Under the pieces are notes generated by a model. That model did no database searches, was not told the origin of the DNA, and worked only from the letters and a program-made list of their open reading frames with translations. DNA of 64,000 nucleotides from Amoebophrya sp. A120 (Eukaryota > Protista > Dinoflagellata), in the NCBI GenBank assembly GCA_905178155.1, contig CAJINV010000015.1, forward strand, positions 1,045,969 through 1,109,968. Reading direction: 5' to 3'. The position numbers and the translations under genes are program-made. Positions 12,459 through 26,200 of the stretch are shown here, in pieces. The first letter of the stretch is position 1. Each line of letters begins with the position of its first letter.

Positions 12459-15400
12459 TTACGTGCGCAGCCCCTTCGCGATGGAGACCACCCCGAGGGA
12501 GTGGCAGACCATGCAGATCATGACGAAGACGACGAAGGAGTAGGACTGGTAGCCCGATTTTTCCAAACCGAACACGTTGTAGCGGTCCAACACGCGGAGC
12601 TTGTTCAAATCGCCGTTTTCCGTCTCCCGGACGATGGTGGACTCGTCCGCCGGCTTGGGGGGTGCGACGGTTTGCGAGGCAGCGGCTTGTTGGCCTTTGG
12701 CAACACCTCCTCCTTGGACGTTGCCAGATTGTTGCACATTAGCTGCTCCTGGTGCAGCGGGTGAACGAGCGTCGAAATCTGGAGGGGCAACCACGGGCTC
12801 GGTGTCGCCTGCAGGTTCCGGCGGTCTCGCTGGTGCGTCTGCATGCATACGTATTCCACGCTGCAATGCTTCCTCCTCCAAGAAGGAGGCCGCGGATGAA
12901 GCGGCCGCAACCATCATGTCGAGGGGTACCCCAAATGCTGCGGTTTGTCCGGGCTGTGACCCGCCCATCTGCATTTGCGCGTGATTTCCCTTCGAAGCTG
13001 CCTGCGGGGCAGGAGTAGCTGCCTGGGCCGCCCCTTGCGTATTCGGCATACCTGTTGGAGGAGAACGTTTTCTAATTATCACGATCAGATGATACATTCC
13101 AATTTGAATGGACCGAATCAAGAAAAACCGATTTGCAGATGCAAGTACGACATTGTGAGTGTTTGAAAGAAAAACGGATCGCGTTCACTTCATAGACAGA
13201 AAGCAATTTTGTATCTGAGAGTGATGCATTCTTTCGCAGCATCGCAAATTTCAGCACAACATGAGCAGTATGATATAATCCGTAGGTAAGTACCTGGCAC
13301 ATGCAGAAACTGGTCGACGTTTCCCTGGAACAGATAGCAGTTCTTGTCGTCCCCGGTGTAGGAGAATTTGCAGGTGAAGGACAACCGATCCGTATCAAGA
13401 AGAGAAATCCCCTCTCCCCGTATCGACAGCGGAAATCTGTGATGCAGATTTGTGGCAACAAATCAGCTTTGTCATGCTAGAAGGGAAGAGATGCGGACTG
13501 TAGTGCTGGTTGGCGTGGGAAAGCCTTGATGCGTCTTCAGCATGACAGAAGGCAGCTGGAAGTGGGAAGCAGCATGACAAATCGCCTGCAAACGAGGCCA
13601 CAACTGCGGCGCTTGGCCTTCTAGCATTACAGGCCGACTTGTGTACTCAAATACAGCATCACAAGTTTCGTTTTCAATATGGGGAGGGGGGATTTTTTCT
13701 TTTGATAGTCCGCCCGGTAGGGCCAGGAATTCATGCACAGGTACTCGCACCAACGCTTCTGCTCCGTCGAGTCCGTGTGCGGCTGGGATTTCCCGAACCA
13801 ACCGAGATCCTGGAAAAAGTTGTGCGCCTGCTCTTCCCCCACCGCATTGCCCGAGTCCGTGATGGTCGCTTCGACTCTGTCCGCGTTCTGCCCGTTCTGC
13901 GGGTTCGACCCGGACGCGGCGTGTAATACAGAATCCTTGATGCGCACGTGGATCGCGCACGTCCCCTCCTGGTAGCCCGCAAAGGGCGAGGCGGTGGAAA
14001 CTTGCGCCAAACCAATGTCGTGCGGGATGAAAGACTGTGCGAACTCCACGTTCGACGTTTTCGCGTTGCTGTCCATGATCATCTGGGTGTAAAACTGGCA
14101 GGACTGGTGCTGATCGGTGGTTGGAGTCGCGGACCCCTGCCCCTTGGCCTGCATTTGCCGCTCCTTCTGCTTGTTCTCGGCCGCAATTTCCTCCGTCTTC
14201 TCGTTGATGCGCGCATTGCGCTCTTTGTCGGTCTCTCCCGCCTCGATTTGCATGGTCGGACCAGCAGGTGTCTTCGCCGCCGCTTGTTGTAGCTGGCTTT
14301 TCGGGAGGGCAAGGACCTGCTTCCCATCCCCTTTCGTGATCTCGTCGACCTCGCCGTGCGCCAGGTCCCGCATGGTCCGCATGGCGCCGTGGTAGGCCGA
14401 AAAGTAATATCCTGTGCAAAAGTATCGCACTCGTATAAATGCAAGTCTTGCATTACAAATTTTTTCTTCATCAAGGCAAATCAGCACTACAAATTTTATT
14501 ATTATTTCTCATGCTGAGATAATTTGTAATGCATTTATACGAGTACGCTACTTTTGCAGTGCATAAGTAGTCCTTCAACGGGACCCCGGACTGGTGCGCG
14601 AAGGAATTGACGTCCCAGAAGTAGTTGATCCCCGTGTCCTTCGTGAAGAGCAACACCGTGACGAACACCCAGGCGGTCAAGGCCACGCAGACAAATGGCA
14701 TATGGATTGCAAATAAGTCTGGGTCTGGAAGGATGTAACTTGTCATGCTGAATCCAAATCATGCAAAAACCTGTGTTGCATGAGCGCCAAAAGCTGTCCA
14801 CTTTGGACCAAGTCGGGTGGCAGTTTCTCATGCAGGATAGGCATGACAGAGACCCCACAGTGTCTGTCATGCTAGGTCCCGCATTCCAGACCTCAGTCAT
14901 GGGTCATGGAAAACCTGCATGACAAGTTTACGCTCTTCCAGACCCAGACATTTTTACATTTGATACGGCACGTTGGTCAGCATGTTCGTCTTATACGGGT
15001 GGTTAAAAAACCGGAACCAGAAGCTTTCCTCGTACCGGGCCCGCTCCGCCTCGGGGGAGCGGTCTTCCAACTCCTCCAACAACCCACCGACGTTCTGCTC
15101 GCCGCGCATCGCGGCGGAAGTCCTTGCCCCGCGCCGGATTTGCGGGTTCACCAGGGAGACTTCGCGGGATAAGACCCCCGGTGCTTCTCCCGATCGGTAC
15201 CGGTTGATTACCGCTTCTTCCTCCGCCGAGGAAATTGCGGAAGAACTGCTGGCGGACGAAAACATCAACGGCCGTCCCTCTTCCAAATCCCGGCCTGCAT
15301 GAGAATGGTGGCGCTTGTTATTCCCACCAGCCGGCATCGGGGACTGCGGCTCATCCACTCCCTCGACATTCACACCCAGCTTCCGCACCTTCGGCCGCAT

Positions 15401-18400
15401 GGGCCCACTCGCGCAGGCGATGCAGACGTTGGCGATGGCCATGATTTGGAAGGAAAAGATCATCGCCATGTCGGCGTTATTGGATCGACCGGTAATGTCC
15501 CCAATGTACCAAAATCCGTCCTTCCAGAGGGACATCGGGGAGTACCTGATAATTTTTTTTTTCCCGATGGAGAACTTGCTTGAGAAAAAGGATCGTCCTA
15601 ATGATCACAGGAAAAAAAGGCATCTACAGATTTTCATTTTCTGGATTTGCATCACGAGTTATCTCTAAATTTATTTTGCAAGATCATACATCAAGACAAG
15701 AACTTCTTCTACAGCTTCTATTCCAAAATTCTATACCATGCGGGCATCGGGTCTTCAACCTTCCGCACATCCAAGTCCGGCTTTTCCGCCTCCCGGCACG
15801 GGACCGTCAACGCAATCACCAGGATGAAAAACGTCACCGCGTTTGCGCCCCAAAACGCGGCCAGATAGATCAGCGAGTCCCGCTGCGCAATCGCGGAGTT
15901 CGGGGTGGTCGTCCCCAGTTTGTTCCGGGCCCCTTGGAAGGACAATGTCAATGGCAACGTCAGTGCAAACGCGAAATCCAGGGTAGCGAATTGCGCGAAG
16001 GAGCCGAACGCGAGCTTGGTCTGCATGTAAATTTTCCCGCAGAAGATCCAGGTCAGGCCGTACACCGTGAAGAGGTAAAATGACGCAATGTAGGTGTCGA
16101 GACACGCGCGACCCTCCTTCAAGATCGTCACGGTTTTCGAAATGTCGTCCTGGTTCGCGACGAACGGTGCCACGACGTTGCTCGTCGAGCCGTCATCGTC
16201 TTCGTTCTGCGCGGAGGACTGTCCGCCGTGCACCAACGCGACCCCCACCTGCGCCTGCTTCAAAGCCCCGGTGTCGTTGCCGCCGTCGCCGCACATGGCG
16301 ATCACGTAACGGGAAGACCGGTCCTGGAAGAACCGGATAACCTTCCGTTTCCCATCCGGCTTGATCCGACCGTACACTTGGATGTATGGTTGCAACTTGT
16401 GCCACAAGGTCGCGTACCCCGGTTCCGTCGTCATTTTGTTAAACGCGTCCGCGGAGATCGCACAAGAGACAAAATCGACACCCCGATGCGTTCCGTGGTT
16501 GTTATGCATTGCAAAAGTATGGTACTAGTACAAATCGCATGACAAATTTTGCCAAGAGCAAAAATGGGACTTGTCATGCTGAAAAAGGTAGACACAGATA
16601 TCTGTTATGCATGAACGCAATTAGTACGAGTACGATGCTTTTGCAAAGGATAGTTGTTCGCTTTCAGCAAGTGGTGGAGTTGGTCCAAATCGCGGTTGTT
16701 TTTGATTTTCGGCTGCACTTTCCCGTCCGGGCCCTGGATGTCGTCCAGCTCTTCCCAAACGGGTAAGTTTTCTTCCGGATTCACGGAAATGCAGAAAGGA
16801 CAGTGCTCGACCAAACCGACCTGCTTCGAGATCGCCACGCCGGTGTAGACACTGTCCCCCGTGATCATCACTGTGTGCACGTTTGCGGCCTTCAGCTCCT
16901 TGATCACGAGAAACGATTCCGGCCGCAATTCGTTCCGGAACAGCGGCATGCCGAGGTACTCGAACATGGACTGGGTCAACACATCGTCGAGCGAAACGCT
17001 ATCCAATTGCGACCAGTCGAGGGCTATGCACTGCAAAAGTATCGCACTCGTAGTAATTGCAGTCATGCATTACAAACCCAACTTTCTACCCAAAGTAGCA
17101 TGACAAATTGCATTTTTGTACTTGAGAGAATTTGTGATGCAATTTATACTAGTACGATAACTTTGCAATGCATAAGGTCCATCTGGGCCTGGCAAAGTCC
17201 CAAAACGTAAAACCCCTTCGAGGAATACGTCTGCGACAAATCCGTCAGTCGCTTTTCAATCGCCTGCTGCTTTTTCTTGCTGTTCGGCGACTGCGTCATC
17301 GCCTCCCCGGAGCAGAGCTTCGTCACTGCCTCCATGGACCCCTTCGCAAACACCGTGACCTTTTTCTTATCCGGGTTCTGCACGTCATGCGTGCAGGTCA
17401 AAGTGACCTGCAACTGCCGACTTTGGTCGAACTTCCACTTGCGGAGGATCAGCGCCTGCTGGTGCGCGGCATCGGGGCCAACCACCATCAACGCAGATCT
17501 CGTGTCCTGCTCCCCGCGGGGCCCGGTCATCGGGATGCTGTAGCGGGTCAGGTTCCAGCCGACGGAGGACAAAGCCTCCTTTTCCAACGGATTCCCGACA
17601 ATCGACAGATCCGGGCCGACGGACAAAGAGTGACAGCAGGCGAGCGCGAACAAAGCCGCGTCGTTCCCGGTTTTGGTCAGTTGCTTGTTGAATCCCACCT
17701 GGTCTCCCTGTTCGAACATGACTTCCGCAAACGCCTCCTTGATGTGTATGGGGTTCTCAAGCGTTACACTCTCAGGTGTTTCATAAATTTGTGATGCAAG
17801 AATGGAAAAAGTGAAAGGGGGTAGGTTGCACCTGTAGCATTACAAATTTCGAACAGATTTAGGTGCTGTTTAGTCCGTCGCAAATTTGTCATGCCAAGCA
17901 GCTTGATCGTGTGGATGATGATGGTGTTTTTGCATGACAAATCCATGTAACAGTTGAGAATGTAACGTTTGAGAACTCCATAATGTGCGGCGCAACGTTC
18001 GAACCCTCAACGATCGACCCGCGCTTTCGCATCTGGGTGACCACCTGCGCCAGTTCCTCCTTCGGCACCGCCGACGCGGAATGACCACTGCTGGTTGTTT
18101 TTTCGCTCTGCTGGGGACTCGTCGGGGAAGACAAGGTCGGACCGGTTGGACTCGCAACGGCGACAATTCCAGTGACCCGATCCGCGTAGGCCGCCTCCGC
18201 ATCCATCGGAGCCCGCAGAATGCCGGACACCTGGGGAATCCGGGCCTCCGAAATGCCCTCGCCCTCGGGACCGTAATATCCCGCCGCCTCCCCCTCGGAA
18301 AACACCCCTCCCGCAACTTCGCCCTCTGCAGCAGCTCCACGTTGCGTATTCTTGTTTCCGCTTGCCTTCTTGCTGGTGGACCGTTTTTTCGGGGTTTTTG

Positions 18401-21400
18401 GCCCACCGCCTGCGATGTGCGTGCCAATGGTTTTCCGCGCGTCGTTATGAACTGCAAAAGTATCGCACTCGTATAAATGCATGACAAATTCCCTCAGCAT
18501 GAAAAATAAAATTTGTAATGCGGATTTACCTTGAGAAAGAAATTTGCAATGCATGATTGCCATACGAGTACGATACTTTTGCACAGGATAGTCGTCGTCG
18601 GAGGGGTCCGTCGTGACTCCCCGATCGGAATTGTTTTCCGCGAGTGGGTATGCATTGCAAATATGTCTGGCTCTGGAAAGTTGTCATGCCAATGTCCGAA
18701 TCATACGCAAACTGTATTGCGGAGCCACGCATGACAAGTTGTTTCCGAGCGACTATATCTAGCGTTAACCGCATGACGAATTGCCTTTTTGCATCATGAC
18801 AAACAAGTGGCACTGTACTAGCGCAACGAACATGACAGACTTGTCTGTGTGGTCGACCAAGCATGACAAACTTGCATTCTTCCAGACCCAGACATATTTG
18901 CATTTGATAGTGGGATGTTCTGCGGGCGGGAAAACTCGTCAATTTTCGGCATCATCAACACCGACCCTTTGACCGCCCGGGTGCCCTGCTTTTTCAAAGC
19001 GAAGTCCCCGGCTAACGACCCCCGCGCCGGGCCTTTCCGGTCAATGGTAATTCCGAAGAAGTCCATACCCTCCTTTGTTAATGTACCCGTCTTGTCGAAG
19101 CAGAAGAGGTTCACCTTCCCCGCCTGCGCGATTTTTTGCGGTTCCATGCAGAGGATACCGCCGTTGTCGGATTTTTCCAGACGTCGCGCGGACATGTCGG
19201 ACGCGCGGGCCATCATGGTCGGAATCAACGGGTTGACCAATTGCGCGAAAGAGGTAAAAGCGGTGACTAGAACACCAATAATGATCTCGAAGTGCTCGTC
19301 GTCTTTAAAGGGGTTCGTGCAGATCAAGAGCAGAATCAGCACCATCGGCTGCAGGCAGGAGAGGTAGAACCAGACGGTGCGGAGTTCGAAGTCAAACTCG
19401 AAGAACAACGCCAGGGGGTAGAACATGGTCCGGATCAAATCTCCCTTCAGCGTTCCGGTCCCGATCGCCGTCACCACTGCGTAGACCGCGTGCTTCGAAA
19501 ATTCGTTCGCCGGGCCAGAATTCCGCGTTACCACATCCCCGGTCACCCCGCGCACCGGGGACAGATCCGGCGACTGCGGGACCGATTGGCCGCCATCACC
19601 CGGTTTCGAACTTGTCAACACCGCGATCACCTCGGTACCGTTGAATAACATGTGGGTTTTGTCCTTCACTGTGTCCAACGGTCTCTTCGGCCCCTTGTCT
19701 TCCGCCGGTTCCTTTTCCATCGGGGTGGACTCCCCGGTTAAGGTGGACTCGTCCATAAGAACTGACCCCCGCACCAGCATCGCCTCACACGGCAACACCA
19801 TGCCGTCCGTGATTTCGATGATATCGCCCGGGAGCAACTCTTCGGAATTCACCTCGTAAAATTGCGCTTTCGAGTTGAACTCAAATCCATTCCGCCAGCA
19901 CCTCACCCGGGTGAGGGATTTGCTCATCGCCAGAATCCGGTTCCAGCCTCGGTAATCGTAGAACGCGTTGAGAACGCCGGAAGTGATGAAGATCACCTCG
20001 TAAATAATCGTGACGTACCACGCGTCTAAGAAGATGAATAGAAACGCGGCGAGCACTTGGAAAACGTACATGAAACTCCCGGTGAATTCCTGGTAGAGGC
20101 ACATGAAAAACGTCTTGTCCTCGTGCGGTTCGATCACGTTTTTTCCGAAGTACCCCTGCAAGTTCTCAATCCGGTCGTAGGTGACCTTCCCGAGCCCGAG
20201 CTTCACCTGCGTGCCCGCCGTGTCCTGCTGGGAGGATAAATGGTCGTTTTTGAAGAACTGTCCCTTCAACTGGGAGGTTGACAAGTGCTCCAGCCGCTCC
20301 TTGCGCGGGACGAATTTACCCTGGGCGGTGTCGTAGACGTACTTCAGGCATTTGAAATGGAAAATCTTCACTTCCACATCACCCCCGTGCGCCGCGTTCC
20401 CGTAGCTCATCCGGTTGCCCGAAATCGACTGTCGTTGGTGTTTATGCATTGCAGATATGTCTGGGTCTGGAAGGGTGCAAGGTTTGTCATGCTTGTCTGG
20501 CATGAGTAAAGAGTTTGTGATGCGTGTTCAAGAAGAGACCCTTTTGCTTGTCATCATGCAAAAAAGCAGCTTGTCATGCGAAAACTGCAATACTGAGCAG
20601 CGCAGATACTTCTCATGCTTGGCTGTGCATTACAGAGGATTCACTGTTCCCAACCCAGCATTACAAGTTTCCAGACCCAGAGGACATATTTGCTTTGCAT
20701 AGTGTCGCTGCACCGAGTAATCGTCTTCCAACCGGACAAAGGCTCCGGTCTCGCCGGGGCCGGCGGCGGAGGGCCCGGAAATTGCCTCGTCGTCCACCGC
20801 CATATCCATATCATAGATCGTTTGCAACTCCCGGTCCGTGTCGGCTTTGGTCAGTTCCGTGGAGATCCACACGTACTGGATCGGCTGCAAGTTCCTGGAC
20901 GTCATCGCCTTCTGGATGTTTCTTCGCCCCTGCGGTTGCTCGGTTTGCCCCGCCTGGCCCGTGAAATACGCCGACTCGTCCAGCTCCCAGACGTCCTATG
21001 GATTGCAAAAATGTCTGGGTCTGGAAGATTCGAACTTGTCATGCTGCTTTCGAACTGTAAGAAAGTTTGTATTGCATGACCAGCAAGAAGAGCGCAGTTT
21101 TTGCTACACGGCCAGGGCATTTCTCATGCGGAAGGTGCATCAGGAAGCCCTCTAAAAGTCTGCGATGCTAGGTCAAGCATTACAGGCCTCATGGGTCATG
21201 AGAAATATGCATGACAAATCTTGCATTCTTCCAGACCCAGACATATTTGCATTTGATACGTCCTCCGAAAACCCGATAATGTTGGCGTCGACCAACTCGG
21301 CCACTTCCGCCAGGGTGAGAGCGTTGTACAGGTCCGCGAAGTAGAAGAAACCCATCAAAATGGTGAGCAAAATCCAGGTGTAAATGAAGACGAACCCGAA

Positions 21401-22024
21401 CTGGAGTTTCGCATTCACCGCGTCTGGTTTCTGGTTGCCCCACCCGACGCACTGAAACATGTAAAAATTCCCACCCGCGTGCGCGTCCTTTCCGTCGGCA
21501 CAGGGAAGCAGCATTTTTTGCAAAGCTAAAACCGCCGTGCCCTCTTCCGCGCCGTCTTTGTCGACGTAGACCGCGATGACGGAGGAAATGGTGAACAGCA
21601 TGAAGGTCACGAAAAGGATCCACACGCAGTACAAAGCCGCGCCGGCCTTGGAGTAGCGGAACGCGAGCTGGGTGTCCGTCCGGGATTGGCTTATCACCTG
21701 CTTCACGTTGAACATTCTCGGGCGGATCAGCTTCCTCCAGATCCCGAACAGTCCCGTGATAAAGAGTAACACGAAAAACCCCGCGGTCATGCCCTGGATG
21801 TATTTGGAACTCGCCAGCTGCCCGAAGTGCCCGGAAATCCGGCCCCAGGCGGTGAACTCATCCCCGTGCACCGTGGCGGGCGCTGGGTTGTCGTTGGTGG
21901 ACACACCGGGCTGCGACTCGAGGAAGGAAAAGCGGTCGGAATTTGGAGCAGTTTTGTGGGTCCCATAATGCTCCATGTGGTACCACGCATACGTGTGCGC
22001 GCCAAGAATGGGAGGGTCCAACAT
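12459..22024 (-). CDS. P5-type (ATP13A-like) P-type ATPase with extended C-terminal region
   Basis: LLPGDI, LTGES, FCFDKTGTLT, AKGSME, MITGDS, MCGDGGNDTGALKQA, EGRACL. Frame followed through 10 introners and 2 GT-AG introns (15546-15736, 13052-13293) from ATG 22024 to TAA 12459. The last exon could instead splice on via GTAAG. Confidence 0.85.
13393..13707. mobile_element. Introner, family D (TATCAA…AAATCCCC…CCCCATAT)
   Basis: TSD ATCCG/GTCCG. Confidence 0.8.
14408..14565. mobile_element. Introner, family B
   Basis: TSD AGTAA/AGTAG. Confidence 0.85.
14701..14965. mobile_element. Introner, family A
   Basis: TSD TGGCA/CGGCA. Confidence 0.85.
16503..16652. mobile_element. Introner, family B
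   Basis: TSD GTTGT. Confidence 0.85.
17025..17174. mobile_element. Introner, family B
   Basis: TSD AGGGC/AGGTC. Confidence 0.85.
17747..17982. mobile_element. Introner, family E (TATGGAGTTCTCAAACGTTACATTCTCA)
   Basis: TSD ATGTG. Confidence 0.85.
18446..18590. mobile_element. Introner, family B
   Basis: TSD GTCGT. Confidence 0.85.
18649..18909. mobile_element. Introner, family A
   Basis: TSD GTGGG. Confidence 0.85.
20443..20701. mobile_element. Introner, family A
   Basis: TSD GTGTT/GTGTC. Confidence 0.85.
20997..21258. mobile_element. Introner, family A
   Basis: TSD CGTCC; restores FSEDVWEL. Confidence 0.85.
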
Positions 22025-23245
22025 TTTTTTCTTGATAATGTGTGGACCGTTTCTTCTTTATACTTATATACTCTGAACAGTTCACGTTGGCCGTTCGAAG
22101 GGGGAATGATGAATCGAATGGGGAGGAAAATTCAAATTTTTACTTTTAGTTTTAGGGGTGCTAAATTTAGGAAAAATAAATAGGTGTTGATGCGAATTAA
22201 AAACAAATTTAGGTCGTGAATTCAACAGAAGCCTTTCGCGAGACATCATGCATGCACCACTTTGATAAGAAGTGTTTAGCAGGATTATTTGGGGAAATGA
22301 AAATAAATGTGGGCGAAAAACTGTGAATGGGATTATGGCGGACTTCAAGCGATTTTTACATATTGTGAAGTGAGGCGATGAAAGACGACGATAGCGATTG
22401 TGCGATGACGAGAGGGCCGCGCCTCGACGGGAGAGCAATGTTGACTCCAAGGACGAACAAGAGTCTCACTTTTCGCTCCGAATGATTCATTGTAAAAACG
22501 AAAACGAACGACAGAGTTTGACTAATCATTGCGATGTAGGCCGTGTAGATGTACGATCCAAATTTTTCATCTTGTACGAAAGCTAGCAGGTGCACGAGGT
22601 AGGGGCCGATTCAAGCTTTGATTTTACTTTTGAGCTTACGACAAACCGATTTCTTTTTTTACTAGATGGCGATAGTAAGTCCAATAGGACTTCTTTTTAC
22701 TATCGAGCAACCGAGGCGGTGCGGAATGAATCAACCGTGAAGACCGAAATTATCTGTAATTTTTCTTCACCAATTCAGGTTGCACAACAAACTGGAACTC
22801 GGCAATATTTTCATACGAAACTCCTTCATTTTGGGGTTGCCTAGAAGTCATAATATTTATATTCAAGCTGTTGTGCTACTACAACATCATAAGCTACATA
22901 GAGGAAAGCGAATTCGTTTGTGCGATCATCGTACAGTTTCATTTTTCTGTATGGAATTCAAGATTTTCTGATACTGGTTTGAAAGAAAGTAAAAATTAAA
23001 ATGGTTGTTCAGACTACTTGTCACTGCGTGGTACTGACTGCATGTCAATTCTGCCTTCTCGAAGTTTTAGTTAATAATGCGATGGTACACATACATTCTA
23101 CATGACACAAATATTTGGAATCCGCACTAGCGCTCAATGTAAATGCATCGAAACATACAAACAGTTCTATACTAAAATATGGTCAGTAGCTCACAGATCA
23201 GCATCCGCTCTATCAATCTTTTAATCGTTCGTCATCGTGGTACTA

Positions 23246-26200
23246 CTAACTTAATCGCCGAAGCCGAACTTCGTCGTTGAAATCCTTCACAAAGCGACAC
23301 TCTTCCAAAGCCTCGGACTCCCGTATGAAGATGAAAACAAATCCGCCCTCCCCACACTCAAACGGAGACTTGTGTAGCAGGACCTGGTGTGGTCAGGGTC
23401 GCCAAAAATCAATGTGTCATGATAATAGAGGAAATGACACGCGGAGTGTAGTGCTGAAGCCTAGTGTGGTCTTCAGCATGACAGGGAGCCACTGCGCTGC
23501 CGGGAATTATAGCATGACAAGTAATTGCTATTGCCTGCAAAGCCATTACGAGGGGGCCGGATGTGCTTCTCGTTCTGGTGGCCTTGTAGCAATACAAGTT
23601 AAAAATCTGCGTACTTACGCAAATCGCGCATGAGAAATTTCCTTTTGAATATGGGGAGCGGGGATTTTTCGTCGCTGTATCACAACCTCTTTGTTTTTCC
23701 CTTCATCGTATACTTTTTTCCGCTATGCATTGCAAAAGTTACTACCGCACTCGCACAAATTTTTGCAGTCTACTAGCATGACAGATTGCATCTTCTCTGC
23801 ACCTTTACCTGGTCCTGCACGTTGACAACTTGCATCTTTCCTTGATGTGGAGGGGTTTGTCATGTTGGAAGGCTAAGGGCTGGGCGTCCCCTCGTAAATT
23901 ACTTCGACAAACAGTAGCCTCATACCCGGTAAACTCTAGAAGAAATTATTGGACAACGCGATTTCTATCGAAAGACAAGCACAACAGCATCTGGGACGGC
24001 CGCGACGACAGCTGTGTGGATATCTGGATAGAAATAGCCCTGTGCAAAAACTTTTCCTAGCACCGAGGGATTAAAAGAAAAGTAAAAAACGATGAAAAAC
24101 AACAACTAAGACACAGTCCCACCTATGTCGAGAAAATCACCCTAAAAGGTGGTAGCGCCAGTAGTATCAGTAAAGGTGTCCTGAACACGAGAGTGTGCGG
24201 GTGAAGACAAAACCCTAGGACAAGCATGCAAAAGGCCAACGAAACCGGACGGGGAGACAGTCCGAACAACAGCTCCAGGGCGGGCCTGGGCGGAAAATGC
24301 ATGACAAACACCGGAAGCCGAAACAGATCATGACAAGGAAAGGCCATAATGATACTAAAGGTGGCACCAGGGTGGAAAAATAAATGTTGGTCTTGTTCGT
24401 CTCCTTGGTCTCGTTCCCACAGCCCCAGTAAAAGCTAAAGTAATTTTTTAAAAAATTAATAATAAAGCTTTACTCTACGCGCGCATAAGTTACTTTGTCT
24501 AGACCGGTCGATCCACTTCTGCCTGTACCGTCTCTATTCCGTTTTCTCTACCACTCTAAGAAGTGGCGATCTTATGCATAGCATGCCTAGAACAAGGGCC
24601 CACTATGACGCGTCGTCAGGGCGCAAGCTAAGTTTTCATTCCCAGAGGGCAAGGGCCCCCGCATGCAAATGTGCCAGACACCCTAAACAAGATACAAAAC
24701 ACGACCGCGAGGTCGACACCAACATAGGGAACTGGCAACGGGAGGGGAAGAGGAAAACCTAGTGTCATAGAAGGTCGAGAAAAACGGAGTTAGAGTGCTC
24801 GCTATTTTCCGCGTCTTAGATGGTTGCTCAAGGGTACAGGCGCCGGCTCCACCATGAGCAACCACGCGAAAAATACGTGGATAATGATATTGTTATTGAT
24901 GTAGTAAGGCGCACGTTGTTTGTTCGCGTCGTGGTGTCTGGTTGGTTCTTCGTTGTTGTTGTAGCTCGTGTATTCTCTGTCTGGGACGGTGCTACGGTGG
25001 AAAAAGGGTTTTCACGGCATGAACAGCTCCAAACCGGCTACCGGTGCTGTAGTTCCTGCCTCGACCTCGTTTTGTCTTTGTTTTCGTTTCTCTCTCCTCC
25101 CCTTACCCCGTGTTAATCTTATCCATCTCCTCCGCCCTATTGCTAACCGCCAGAAAACAGCTAGCTCCAGTGCTCTCGCTGTTCTAAAAAACCGTTCGAA
25201 TGTCGACGACCGTTGGTTCTGAGCAGGTGCGTAACGATGCTAAAAATTGTACTGCATGTCCTGCGTTGTGTAGTTGGTAGGTGTGCACGAGGTTCGCGGA
25301 TCTTGGTATGTGGAGATGGTAGTTGATGTATTTTTCATACAAAAGGATTGAATTACACCTGAAGTTCGGCGGGCCAGCTACTAGGAGCCAAACCACAGCC
25401 TTCCTGCAACAGGGAAAGGTTTTTATTCAGCAGGCGTCCCCGGTACTCTAGGGGGAGGAAAGCGGTGCTGGGTACACCCCTATGGTTGTGCAACAAATGC
25501 AAATAAGACCACGCTACTGTGCATGAGCGCGCCGAGATAAAATGCAAGTAAGGACACGCATCAGTGTACGTACATGCCGTGGGAAACCACAGCAAGACAA
25601 AGATTTTTGGACAAAAATCTTAAGAAAAGCATCACAAGCCAACCAGAGCCAAAAATCGCACACCATCCCACATTCGTGGACAAGGGTCATGCTGACATCT
25701 TTCCTTGATGTGGAAGGGTTTGTCATGCGAAAAATTCCAATTCGACTAGTACGATAGTACTTTTGCACTTCATATCCGCCTGTAGTGCTTTTCCAGCGAA
25801 GTGGGCGAAATGTTTTTTAAACCCCGGGTTCCGGTACTCATGTTACCTCCACGAGGACTGTTGTTCGTCTCGAGTAACGTGCTTGCAAGCGTCATCTTAT
25901 CGTAAGAAAAAACTGTTCCACTGTAAGGATTTTGCAACTTTTGCATTACAAGTTCGCTACACACTACAAAGAAAACTTGCCACGCAAGGATCCTAAGGGA
26001 ATAAAACACCGCTAAAAATCTCTTGTCTTGCATGTGTAGCAAGACAAACACTTCAGTGATGCATTTTCTGCATCACAAGTTCACAGTGAAAAAGTGTTTT
26101 TCTTGGAATACATCTTGTCCCCTCGGTTTGTCGGAGACAGCGACACCAGGTCCTTTTGCGACAGAAGCAACTCCTCTATCATCGGCTTTGATAGCGTGAT

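Noticed and set aside
23863-25411. Complete LTR retrotransposon
   Set aside because: Only imperfect TG...CA ends; no paired LTRs, PBS/PPT or gag-pol ORF.
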